Shown one piece after another: positions 10,201 to 17,319 of a DNA stretch of 64,000 nt (the stretch's first letter is position 1; each line of letters starts with the position of its first letter). Source of the DNA: Bacteroidales bacterium (GTDB taxonomy: Bacteria; Bacteroidota; Bacteroidia; Bacteroidales; Muribaculaceae); assembly GCA_900766975.1 (NCBI GenBank), contig CAAFXO010000016.1, forward strand, positions 1,020 through 65,019, in the 5' to 3' direction. Below the pieces are notes generated by a model, which saw only the letters and a list, made by a program, of their open reading frames with translations, searched no databases and was not told the origin of the DNA. The translations under genes were made by a program, and so were the position numbers.

Positions 10201-10263
10201 GCCTCCAACGGGCCTCAAGAAGACAGCTACAACAAGACCGCCAAGATCGTAGTCGTGAACTAA
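7201..10263 (+). CDS. rdgB: single ORF: RdgB/HAM1 dITP/XTP pyrophosphatase (aa 1-194) fused in frame to signal peptide + double beta-propeller + T9SS C-terminal domain (PorZ-like)
   Basis: ATG at 7201 (MKKDKKLVFATNNMHKLEE...). RdgB motifs: FADDTGL, GFGYDPIF, ISHRGRAMRKLRDYL. No stop follows. The ORF continues ILTLLIICVVGMTARADD, then repeats of the W-x-G/GL propeller type, and the last ~88 aa are KCYPNPV...GVYTVIA...KIVVVN. Confidence 0.8.
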   Translation: MKKDKKLVFATNNMHKLEEAKRIISDEFEILSLSEIGCHDEIPETADTLEGNALIKARWVRERYGYDCFADDTGLMVDALDGAPGVYSARYAGDPCTPAENVAKMLREMEGKEDRAAHFSTAIALSLGGEEHIFEGRVEGSIATEPHGDGGFGYDPIFIAGESGKCFAEMSGEEKDAISHRGRAMRKLRDYLAGILTLLIICVVGMTARADDSQWRLHASYDGYMHRIVDTPSFVYFLGTRQEYNPSIVNASTFYGILFRYDKEDGAIEYLNSSNILSGSNAICISYNYDKNYLVVAHEDGNIDIIDKEDNVTTITGLRVADSSLNKGVNDITFDETGRYVYLATNFGYVVIDAAIGEVSTSRVFNRKINSVMPYRDKIWVAADDGLYCGEPKEFDFEKYQQISSESGVESLNITNNWLYFLYGARGNKTPGRVDDSAGTYTYKPIYDPGVVYLSRSRSGMMLVYNWQIVSIDETGKLQATTLPKDYYFSNIGSIDGKTLWVSTQREGICSLRLPEQGGEWTMLTQQFFPNASTAFHCSYMEYSPTYGMLVRNHGFEYIFSSRMILTNDLISGYKDMTWTPLSTTYRTDMQGLLIDSPFGISIDPNNGDHVYCGSERSGLLRLDLKDPTKSIHMSMPSDMLGGNGKEGFAVIVPDNPDGTWKEQCVFAAPSFDNSGNLWTAFVNPEPGVEVSSYTELWMWSAADRASSTTASNVHGWKQFKFDNLLTGNTPKVKALHGSKNKNIVMHCGNTTTTPILIWDHNGTIDNRSDDRTAQMKNLYDQDGNKLDFYYVIDWYEDVNTGLVWVSYGDGLFTFDPQTIFEDPTSVRRIKVPRNDGTGLADYLLSGVTVNSIATDASGRKWFGTNGAGLVCTSSDGREIISTFTPDNSPLPGSSVFAVCYNPESGSLMISTDKGLCEYFIPGGGSGDSDSGLKCYPNPVRPDYFGYVTIEGLSDQAMVKIVDIGGNLIKECGQAVNGVARWDVTNMFCKRVPSGVYTVIASNGPQEDSYNKTAKIVVVN
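7753..10263 (+). CDS. alternative nested product: secreted PorZ-like T9SS protein initiated at an internal ATG
   Basis: From the ATG at 7753, MRKLRDYLAGILTLLIICVVGMTARA/DD reads as a canonical Sec signal peptide. The 836-aa product has two propeller regions and a T9SS type-A sorting domain. Confidence 0.4.
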   Translation: MRKLRDYLAGILTLLIICVVGMTARADDSQWRLHASYDGYMHRIVDTPSFVYFLGTRQEYNPSIVNASTFYGILFRYDKEDGAIEYLNSSNILSGSNAICISYNYDKNYLVVAHEDGNIDIIDKEDNVTTITGLRVADSSLNKGVNDITFDETGRYVYLATNFGYVVIDAAIGEVSTSRVFNRKINSVMPYRDKIWVAADDGLYCGEPKEFDFEKYQQISSESGVESLNITNNWLYFLYGARGNKTPGRVDDSAGTYTYKPIYDPGVVYLSRSRSGMMLVYNWQIVSIDETGKLQATTLPKDYYFSNIGSIDGKTLWVSTQREGICSLRLPEQGGEWTMLTQQFFPNASTAFHCSYMEYSPTYGMLVRNHGFEYIFSSRMILTNDLISGYKDMTWTPLSTTYRTDMQGLLIDSPFGISIDPNNGDHVYCGSERSGLLRLDLKDPTKSIHMSMPSDMLGGNGKEGFAVIVPDNPDGTWKEQCVFAAPSFDNSGNLWTAFVNPEPGVEVSSYTELWMWSAADRASSTTASNVHGWKQFKFDNLLTGNTPKVKALHGSKNKNIVMHCGNTTTTPILIWDHNGTIDNRSDDRTAQMKNLYDQDGNKLDFYYVIDWYEDVNTGLVWVSYGDGLFTFDPQTIFEDPTSVRRIKVPRNDGTGLADYLLSGVTVNSIATDASGRKWFGTNGAGLVCTSSDGREIISTFTPDNSPLPGSSVFAVCYNPESGSLMISTDKGLCEYFIPGGGSGDSDSGLKCYPNPVRPDYFGYVTIEGLSDQAMVKIVDIGGNLIKECGQAVNGVARWDVTNMFCKRVPSGVYTVIASNGPQEDSYNKTAKIVVVN

Positions 10264-10332
10264 GAAAACGGCGATAATAGGCGAAATGTCAAAAAAAATT
10301 GCTAAATTTACGCGTCAATAAACAGCAAAAAT

Positions 10333-11781
10333 ATGATACGAAACAACGCAACCGACCGCAGGGCAAGAAGGAACACCCCGCAAATACTGCTAACAATCGG
10401 GCTTGTAATGCTCTATGCCGCCACCTCCATGGGGCTGAATATCGAGCTCACTCCCGGGACACTGAGCGAGCAATGGCCCAAGCTTAAGAATTGCACCGAC
10501 GAGATGGTAGTACTCACCGGGAGTGCAAACGTCACCGACCTGGCACTCCTCAAGGAGATGAGTCGCAATGTCAAGACACTCGATATGTCGGGGCTGGAGA
10601 TCGTATCATACAGCTATAGCGATGGCAACTACTTAGGGCTCACCGACTTTGCCGCTGATGAGATGCCCCCCTATATGCTGATGGGATCGAGCATCACCAA
10701 GGTTATATTTCCACAAGATATCAAGGTCATCGGCCAAGGTGCATTTGCCGACTCCGAGCTCACCGAGGTAGAGATTCCCGCCACAGTCAGCAAGATTGCA
10801 GCCGGGGCCTTCAGTCGCTGCCGGTCATTGCAGAGAGTTGTGATTTCGGCAGATGCCACACTGGGCAAAGGCATCTTCAAAGAGTGCGAATCACTGACCG
10901 TGGTAGAGTTCAACTATAGCATCACGAGCATCCCGGAGAGCATGTTCGAGGGGTGTAGCAAATACTCGGCAGTCATTCCCTCGAGCGTCACGGCAGTGGG
11001 AGCCAAAGCTTATCGAGGCACAGCGGCAGAAGATCTCAACCTCATCTCGGTGGAGAATATCGGCAAATTTGCATTTGCCGATATGACATCACTGAGCGGC
11101 GTGACATTGAGTCAGACCCAATATATCACGATGGATATGGGAGTCTTCTTCAACGACCCTCAACTACTACAATTGCCGACCTTTAGCGGTGACATACCTG
11201 CGCTGATGGTAGCCAACAGTCAGAAAGCGGGAGACTTGATGATCAATCAGCCGATGATCGGCGAAGCGGCATACGCCGACAGTCCCAATGTGACCACACT
11301 GACCCTGGGCTCCAACGTCAACAGCATCGGTGCCAACGCATTCAGAAATCTGACATCCCTCACCCTGGTCGATGTGGTAAGAAAGATCGACACTCCACCG
11401 ACAGTCGATGCCACCTCCTTCTCCGGACTTGAGAATGAAGAGGGGAAATATAATATCAAGCTCAATGTAACCAAAGAGACCGAAGCGATCTGGAAGGCCC
11501 ACCCGGTGTGGGGACTCTTTGAGGTGGGCACCTACGATACCGGCATTAAGGATACACTCCTCGGCGAGGTGAAGATCAATGCCCGGAGAGCAGGCGACAG
11601 CGTGATTATCACATCGAGCGAAGAAGTCGAAAACATCGAGATCTTCGGGCTCAACGGCACAACTCTATATCAGGGTCGCAATGCCGGAAAAGATGTACTC
11701 ATCGAAGGTATCGACACGACCGAACCGGTGGTGGTAAGGATCATCTCCGGCGGCGTCGTGAAAGTGCTGAAACTCAGATAA
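10333..11781 (+). CDS. BspA-type leucine-rich-repeat surface protein, possible T9SS cargo
   Basis: 482 aa. Signal-like N-terminus RRARRNTPQILLTIGLVMLYAATSMG. Repeated ~23-aa LRR_5-type units (IPATVSKIAAGAFSRCRSLQRVVI, SITSIPESMFEGCSKY, VENIGKFAFADMTSLSGVTL, VNSIGANAFRNLTSLTLV). The beta-rich C-terminal ~75 aa end in KVLKLR and only weakly resemble a CTD. Confidence 0.65.
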   Translation: MIRNNATDRRARRNTPQILLTIGLVMLYAATSMGLNIELTPGTLSEQWPKLKNCTDEMVVLTGSANVTDLALLKEMSRNVKTLDMSGLEIVSYSYSDGNYLGLTDFAADEMPPYMLMGSSITKVIFPQDIKVIGQGAFADSELTEVEIPATVSKIAAGAFSRCRSLQRVVISADATLGKGIFKECESLTVVEFNYSITSIPESMFEGCSKYSAVIPSSVTAVGAKAYRGTAAEDLNLISVENIGKFAFADMTSLSGVTLSQTQYITMDMGVFFNDPQLLQLPTFSGDIPALMVANSQKAGDLMINQPMIGEAAYADSPNVTTLTLGSNVNSIGANAFRNLTSLTLVDVVRKIDTPPTVDATSFSGLENEEGKYNIKLNVTKETEAIWKAHPVWGLFEVGTYDTGIKDTLLGEVKINARRAGDSVIITSSEEVENIEIFGLNGTTLYQGRNAGKDVLIEGIDTTEPVVVRIISGGVVKVLKLR

Positions 11782-11796
11782 TCGAGGTCATATACT

Positions 11797-12723
11797 ATGA
11801 GAAGGGTAGTCACACTGATGTCGACCTACAACGGCGAGAAATATCTCGACGAGCAGATCCGGAGCATCATGGATCAGCAGGGAGTCGACGTAAAGCTACT
11901 GGTCAGAGACGATGGTTCGAGCGATGGCACACTTACCCACTTGGCAAGATGGAGGGAAGAAGAGCCTGATCGGATCGAAGTAATCGAAGATAAGAACATA
12001 GGATTTGCAGCCTCATTCAGTCGACTCATCAAAGAGGGACTCAGCCGCTATCCGGATGCCGAGATATTCGCTTTTGCCGACCAAGATGACGTGTGGCTTA
12101 GCGACAAATTGGAGCGAGGAGTCAAAGCAATCGAAGGGAAAGAGGCGGAATATTCCGGGCGCCCGATAGCCTACGCCTCGAACACGATGCTGGTAGACTC
12201 CGAACTGAAAGAGATCGGGCTGCGATGGCAATGTGGCGACATCGATATAACACGGAGTCGCGGGCTGGTGGAGAACTTTGCCACCGGATGCACCATGCTC
12301 TTCAATCGGGTGGCAGCCGAGATCTACGATCGCACCTACCGCACCGGGCTGAAAGTCCACGACTTCCGTATGTATCAGATAGCGCTCTTCGCCGGATGCT
12401 TCATTTGGGACAAAGAATCGAGGATCCTCTATCGGCAACATAGTGGCAACCAGATAGGGAGTCAACCCTTCTGGGGGAGGATGAAGACACGGCTATTGAA
12501 ACAGAGATATAAAGAGCACACCCTTGAGAAGCAGAACCGCGCCTTTTTGAGGGATTGTGGCAACGAACTCGACCCGGAGAGCATAGCTCTGATAGAGAGA
12601 TTTTGCGAATATCGCAAGAATCTGAAAACACGACTTCAGTTGCTCACCAATCGCGAGATCAGGTATAGTCGACGAGAATCGGACTTCTTCTATCGGCTTA
12701 AAGTGCTGATGGGCACAGTATAG
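11797..12723 (+). CDS. glycosyltransferase family 2
   Basis: 308 aa. N-terminal GT-A signature VTLMSTYNGEKYLDEQIRSIMDQQGVDVKLLVRDDGSSDGT and FADQDDVW. Confidence 0.8.
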   Translation: MRRVVTLMSTYNGEKYLDEQIRSIMDQQGVDVKLLVRDDGSSDGTLTHLARWREEEPDRIEVIEDKNIGFAASFSRLIKEGLSRYPDAEIFAFADQDDVWLSDKLERGVKAIEGKEAEYSGRPIAYASNTMLVDSELKEIGLRWQCGDIDITRSRGLVENFATGCTMLFNRVAAEIYDRTYRTGLKVHDFRMYQIALFAGCFIWDKESRILYRQHSGNQIGSQPFWGRMKTRLLKQRYKEHTLEKQNRAFLRDCGNELDPESIALIERFCEYRKNLKTRLQLLTNREIRYSRRESDFFYRLKVLMGTV

Positions 12724-12725
12724 AG

Positions 12726-12746
12726 AACGCGCTCGCTGAGCGCGTT
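12726..12746. terminator. bidirectional hairpin between convergent GT2 and GH3 genes
   Basis: AACGCGCTC / GAGCGCGTT form a 9-bp stem with a 3-nt loop, followed by TGTTATTTTT. Confidence 0.75.
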
Positions 12747-12766
12747 TGTTATTTTTATCAATAAAG

Positions 12767-14287
12767 TTATAAGAGATTCAGGATAGCATCGGCGATGGTG
12801 CGGTTATTGCAGAGTCGCGGCACTTTACGCTGGCCACCCAATTTGCCGGAGCCGACCGAAGCGAGCCAGCGGCAGAACGTTCCGGCAGGGAGGGAGACCA
12901 CTTGCGGAGGATCCAGGAAGATGGTGTGAGCTCTCTTGGCATCATAATCGGAATTAACCCTGCGGAGCTCCTCATCGAGAATACGGGTAAAAGACTCGAT
13001 GCTATCGGGGGCAACATTCCACTCGATGAGCCACTGGTGGAAGCCGCGATCATGCTGAGTGGCATAGACCGGAGCGGCAGTATAATTGGAGATAGAGGCA
13101 TTGCAACGAAGGCAAGCGGCAGCTATCGCCTGCTCGGCATTATTCTCCATCAGCTCCTCGCCGAAAGCATTGATGAAAGTCTTGGTGCGCCCTGCCACAA
13201 CTATCTTGACCGGAGCTATGGAAACGACTCTCACCGTGTCGCCGAGATGATACCGCCACAAGCCATTGCTCGAAGAGATCAGCAACTCATAGACATGATC
13301 TTTCTTCACCTTCCACATAGGCACGGGGGTGGCATCAGGGTCGGCAATATCGATAAACTCATAGAAAATATCATTATCGATGATAAGGAGCATCGAGGGG
13401 TCATTCAGATTATTCTGTATAGCGAAGAATCCCTCCGAGGCATTATAAGTATCGACAAAATGCATCTTCCGGGGGTCGGTGATCGAACGATATATCTCGC
13501 GATAAGGTTCGAAAGAGATGCCACCATGGAAGAAAACTTCAAGATTGGGCCAGACATCGGAGATCTTATCGACGCCTCTGAGCGCCATCACCTCCTTGAT
13601 GACAGAAAGGAACCAAGATGGTACACCCGAGATATTTGATATATCGGCGTAAGCAGAGGCTTGGACCAAGGCGGGGAGTTTATCTTGCCAATTAGGGAGG
13701 AGCGCCGTCTTCTTATCGGGGAGACGGAAGAGATTGGCGAGAGGATTGATGCGGTTGATGAGCGTAGCGCTGAGGTCGCCGATATGAATATTGGGGTCGG
13801 CGATGTTTAGTTGGTTGGCGAAAGAACCGCCGAGCACGAACGACTTGGCGGAGAATATGCGCGACTTGGGATTAGCCCGGAGGTAATGAGCCACGCAATC
13901 GGCGGCACCGGGATAATGACAGCGATAGAGGCTGTCATGAGTGATAGGGATAAACTTGGATCTGCCGCCCGAAGTGCCGGAAGACTGGGCGAAATCGCGG
14001 CAGACGCCCGGCCACAAGACATCGGGGGCACCCTGAATCATCCTCAACACATCATCGCGGATATCCTCATATAGACAGGTAGGGACTCTGTCGGCGAAGC
14101 GATCATAAGGGTCGGAGAGGGCACACAACTCATCGAGCCCATATCTGCGGCCTAACTCGGTCGGAGAGACACGCTTCAACAGGCTTTTCAACTGAGCGAT
14201 CTGAATAGACTTGCCATCAGAGACCCAGCTATCCACACGACATGCCCTCCGTCGGAAGAAAGGGGCAGCTAAAGGTGTGAAATTCAT
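12767..14287 (-). CDS. GH3-family (auxin-responsive GH3-like) acyl-acid amido synthetase / adenylating enzyme
   Basis: 506 aa from MNFTPLAAPFF. Adenylation P-loop FAQSSGTSGGRSKFIP, then YNASEGFFA, GLWRYHLGDTV. Start trimmed from 14377 to the ATG at 14287. Confidence 0.8.
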   Translation of the reverse strand: MNFTPLAAPFFRRRACRVDSWVSDGKSIQIAQLKSLLKRVSPTELGRRYGLDELCALSDPYDRFADRVPTCLYEDIRDDVLRMIQGAPDVLWPGVCRDFAQSSGTSGGRSKFIPITHDSLYRCHYPGAADCVAHYLRANPKSRIFSAKSFVLGGSFANQLNIADPNIHIGDLSATLINRINPLANLFRLPDKKTALLPNWQDKLPALVQASAYADISNISGVPSWFLSVIKEVMALRGVDKISDVWPNLEVFFHGGISFEPYREIYRSITDPRKMHFVDTYNASEGFFAIQNNLNDPSMLLIIDNDIFYEFIDIADPDATPVPMWKVKKDHVYELLISSSNGLWRYHLGDTVRVVSIAPVKIVVAGRTKTFINAFGEELMENNAEQAIAAACLRCNASISNYTAAPVYATQHDRGFHQWLIEWNVAPDSIESFTRILDEELRRVNSDYDAKRAHTIFLDPPQVVSLPAGTFCRWLASVGSGKLGGQRKVPRLCNNRTIADAILNLL

Positions 14288-14384
14288 ACTCGACAAGTTA
14301 AAAAAATGCGTAAGATAGAGAAAGTCTATCAAAGATAAAACGCCCGAGAGGTGATAAAGTTGTATTACACAATACAAAAAAAGT

Positions 14385-14392
14385 CAAAAATA
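14385..14392 (-). promoter_or_regulatory. -7 box TATTTTTG (minus strand) for the GH3-like gene
   Basis: CAAAAATA on the plus strand, about 100 nt upstream of the ATG at 14287. Confidence 0.4.
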
Positions 14393-14477
14393 GAGTCAAA
14401 ACGTCAAAAAAAAGGCATAAAAAGAGATAAAAGAGAATAGGATAGTTATAAATTTTGCTATATTAGATAATAATTCT

Positions 14478-14485
14478 TAACTTTG
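14478..14485 (+). promoter_or_regulatory. -7 box TAACTTTG for GT2 gene 14509
   Basis: Exact TAnnTTTG, 24 nt upstream of the ATG. Confidence 0.5.
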
Positions 14486-14508
14486 CAGTCGGTAAAGCAA
14501 AACGACGA

Positions 14509-15234
14509 ATGATATCGGTATGTATAGCGACATACAACGGCGAGGCCTATATAGCCGAGCAAGTTGACTCGATCCTCTCACAGCTGAGTGAAGAGGATGA
14601 GATAGTTATATCCGATGATCATTCGACCGACCGTACGTTGGAGATACTTCGAGGATATAACGATCCACGGATCCGGATCTTCCTCAACGAAAGAGACAAT
14701 CGAGGACTTCAGCCGGTGCAGAAAGCGACCTACAACTTTGAGAATGCGTTACGCCACGCACAGGGAGACTACATTTTTCTGTCAGATCAGGATGATGCCT
14801 GGGTAAGCAACAAAGTCGAAGTGATGATACGCTATCTGCAAGGCTACGACTACGTACAGAGCAAATGCTTCTATACCGACAAGAACTTACAAGGGGATAA
14901 CACATCATACGACACCACTCCGGCCCATATCAACAGATGGAAATCGCTCATCTCGATAGCGCCCTACAAGGGATGTTGCGCAGCGATAACGCGAAGGCTT
15001 CTCGACAAGGCACTCCCCTTCCCGGCGGGATTGCAATCACACGACCGCTGGCTTGGATACTTAGGGTCGTTTAGATATAACTACATCATCATACCCGACA
15101 AATTGGTGTACTATCGTCGTCATCAGGGCAATGTATCGATGTATGGCAAGAGCAGCAATCCCCTCTCCTATCGCATCAAGACCCGCCTGCACTATGTAAA
15201 ATGCCTAATAGCGAGATGTCTTTTCAACCGATAG
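14509..15234 (+). CDS. glycosyltransferase family 2
   Basis: 241 aa. ISVCIATYNGEAYIAEQVDSILSQLSEEDEIVISDDHSTDRT and LSDQDDAW. Confidence 0.8.
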   Translation: MISVCIATYNGEAYIAEQVDSILSQLSEEDEIVISDDHSTDRTLEILRGYNDPRIRIFLNERDNRGLQPVQKATYNFENALRHAQGDYIFLSDQDDAWVSNKVEVMIRYLQGYDYVQSKCFYTDKNLQGDNTSYDTTPAHINRWKSLISIAPYKGCCAAITRRLLDKALPFPAGLQSHDRWLGYLGSFRYNYIIIPDKLVYYRRHQGNVSMYGKSSNPLSYRIKTRLHYVKCLIARCLFNR

Positions 15235-15289
15235 AAAAGGGGATAAAAAAGCCGATAAAAGGGGATACAGCGAAAAAAAGAAAAAAAGT

Positions 15290-15323
15290 GATAATCAGAG
15301 GGTCTGATTATCATTCTTTTTTT
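15290..15323 (+). terminator. intrinsic terminator after GT2 14509-15234
   Basis: 10-bp stem GATAATCAGA / TCTGATTATC with loop GGG, followed by ATTCTTTTTTT. Confidence 0.8.
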
Positions 15324-15324
15324 G

Positions 15325-15332
15325 TATATTTG
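15325..15332 (+). promoter_or_regulatory. -7 box TATATTTG for the sugar-transferase/GT2 unit
   Basis: Exact TAnnTTTG immediately after the terminator and 63 nt before the ATG at 15395. Confidence 0.5.
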
Positions 15333-15394
15333 CAGATGCAAAAGTTTCGATAGGAACGAAGCATTGTATTACATGAATACAGCGTCGGGAGAAG

Positions 15395-16093
15395 ATGCTG
15401 ATTGCAATACATAAAACCCTAATGGATAGCAATATAGAACTAGAGAAATATAAGGTGTCGCCGATCGATGACGGCACGGAAATAAAAAACGGGATGAACA
15501 AGGTAGAGCGCTTTATCAAGAGAGCGTTCGATTTCTTGTTTTCCGGCATCTTGATTATCATATTTTCGCCTCTCTACATAGCGTGTTATATAGCCGTAAG
15601 GCGAGAGGATAAAGGTCCGGCGATCTATCGTCAGGAGCGTATCGGCTATAAAGGCAAGAAGTTCTACATATTGAAATTCAGGTCGATGCGTATGGATGCG
15701 GAGAAAGATGGACCGCAGCTGTTCGATGCCACCACCGGCGAAGACAAGCGACTGACGAAGATCGGCAAATTCTTGCGAGCACATCATCTTGACGAATTGC
15801 CCCAGCTGCTGAATGTCTTCAAGGGAGACATGTCATTCATCGGACCGCGTCCGGAGCGAGAATATTTCATAGAGAAAATCATGGAGGCAGACAGTCGCTA
15901 TCGCTACCTCTATCAGATACGCCCGGGAGTGACCTCGTTTGCGACACTCTATAACGGATATACTGACACACTTGAAAAGATGTTGACACGCCTCTACTAC
16001 GACCTCTACTACCTACAACATGGGTCATTAGCGCAAGATATGTCGATACTATGGCGCACATTCCGAGGGATCGTAGGGGGCAAGAAATTTTAA
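15395..16093 (+). CDS. undecaprenyl-phosphate sugar-1-phosphate transferase (bacterial sugar transferase, WbaP/EpsL C-terminal type)
   Basis: 232 aa. FDFLFSGILIIIFSPLYIACYIAV membrane helix, KFRSM, DELPQLLNVFKGDMSFIGPRPER. The ATG at 15494 (MNKVERF) is an alternative start. Confidence 0.85.
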   Translation: MLIAIHKTLMDSNIELEKYKVSPIDDGTEIKNGMNKVERFIKRAFDFLFSGILIIIFSPLYIACYIAVRREDKGPAIYRQERIGYKGKKFYILKFRSMRMDAEKDGPQLFDATTGEDKRLTKIGKFLRAHHLDELPQLLNVFKGDMSFIGPRPEREYFIEKIMEADSRYRYLYQIRPGVTSFATLYNGYTDTLEKMLTRLYYDLYYLQHGSLAQDMSILWRTFRGIVGGKKF

Positions 16094-16097
16094 TAAG

Positions 16098-17288
16098 ATG
16101 TTTTCGTTGACAATTACAAATCTCGCAATAGTGCTGATGGTGCTATGCGTGAGTTTGGTGCTATTGGCATACTTCTATGGCATGAAGCCATATCGTGATG
16201 CCTATCGATCGAGTATGCCGGGACCGATCGGCGAGAATGAGCGCACCCCCAAAGCCTCTGTTCTGGTATACAGCAAAGCGGAAGATGAGCATCTTGCCGC
16301 AACACTTGAAGCGCTGTCACATCAAGACTATCCCGACTTTGAGATCATCGTGATCTGCGACGGATCGTGGGATCAGGCGGAGATGCTTACCGAGCGATAC
16401 TCGGGTCTCTATGACAACGTCTACTTCACCTTCATCCAGCCGGGGTCACACAATCTGAGTCGCAGCAAGCTGACCATCACCATCGGAGTAAAAGCCTCGA
16501 AGGGAGAGATTATAGTCACCACCGCCGCCAACATACGTATACCCTCCGAGCAGTGGCTGAGTCGTCTTATGCGCCCCTTCTGCGGGGAGCAGGGTCGACA
16601 CTACGACGTGTCGCTCGGCGTGTCGCGACTCTGTCTTGCCGATATGAAGGGTCCCGGGCGCTGGTATCGACAATTCGACGAACTTCTCTCCAATGCCCTC
16701 TGGGTGGGATATGCCGCTGCCCACAAGCCCTATCGAGGAGATGGCTATAACCTGGCATTCCGCAAGAGCGTCTTCTACGACCACAAAGGGTATGCACAGA
16801 GCATCTACCTCCACAATGGCGACGACGACATATTCATCAACGAGATCACCAACGGGTCGAACACGATGGTGACCGTAAGCGACGAAGATATCATCGAGAG
16901 CATTTGGAAAGACTCGATGAGCAACTCTACCAACAAGGTGTGGGAGATCCGCAAAGCGCGATATAGCTTCACACAGCGCTGGTTGCCGCGAGCACCCTTC
17001 ATACGCTCCGGGCTGATGGACATCATGCAATGGGCCATCCCGGCAGCGGCGATAGCAGCGGCAATAATATCGCTACCCAACCTGGTTCCTGCCATCATCT
17101 CAGCTGTGATCCTGCTGACATTCTGGGGGCTTGAGATCTATATGTATCGTCGTCTCGCCAAGAGATTCGGCATGATCAGGCTCTGGTGGGGTGTCGTGCC
17201 ATTCTGGATGTGGCGACCGATAGGCAACCTGCTCTTCAGATATGAACATCACTCGGCGAGAAAGAAAAATTATACTTGGCAACGTTAA
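16098..17288 (+). CDS. membrane-anchored glycosyltransferase family 2
   Basis: 396 aa. N-terminal TM helix, GT-A core ASVLVYSKAEDEHLAATLEALSHQDYPDFEIIVICDG, and two or more C-terminal TM helices. Starts 4 bp after the sugar transferase stop. Confidence 0.7.
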   Translation: MFSLTITNLAIVLMVLCVSLVLLAYFYGMKPYRDAYRSSMPGPIGENERTPKASVLVYSKAEDEHLAATLEALSHQDYPDFEIIVICDGSWDQAEMLTERYSGLYDNVYFTFIQPGSHNLSRSKLTITIGVKASKGEIIVTTAANIRIPSEQWLSRLMRPFCGEQGRHYDVSLGVSRLCLADMKGPGRWYRQFDELLSNALWVGYAAAHKPYRGDGYNLAFRKSVFYDHKGYAQSIYLHNGDDDIFINEITNGSNTMVTVSDEDIIESIWKDSMSNSTNKVWEIRKARYSFTQRWLPRAPFIRSGLMDIMQWAIPAAAIAAAIISLPNLVPAIISAVILLTFWGLEIYMYRRLAKRFGMIRLWWGVVPFWMWRPIGNLLFRYEHHSARKKNYTWQR

Positions 17289-17314
17289 TATATATAACCG
17301 GCAACGTTAATATA
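17278..17314. repeat. 15-bp direct repeat GGCAACGTTAATATA x2 bridging GT2 stop and trmB start
   Basis: Copies at 17278-17292 (contains the TAA stop of the GT2) and 17300-17314 (ends 5 bp before the trmB ATG). Confidence 0.9.
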
Positions 17315-17319
17315 AAAAT

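Noticed and set aside
16098-17288. The membrane GT2 as a processive synthase (cellulose/PNAG/hyaluronan-synthase-like)
   Set aside because: It has TM helices on both sides of the GT-A domain, but I could not find the Q-x-x-R-W motif; only ...FTQRW... is present, with the wrong spacing. I therefore kept it as a generic membrane GT2.
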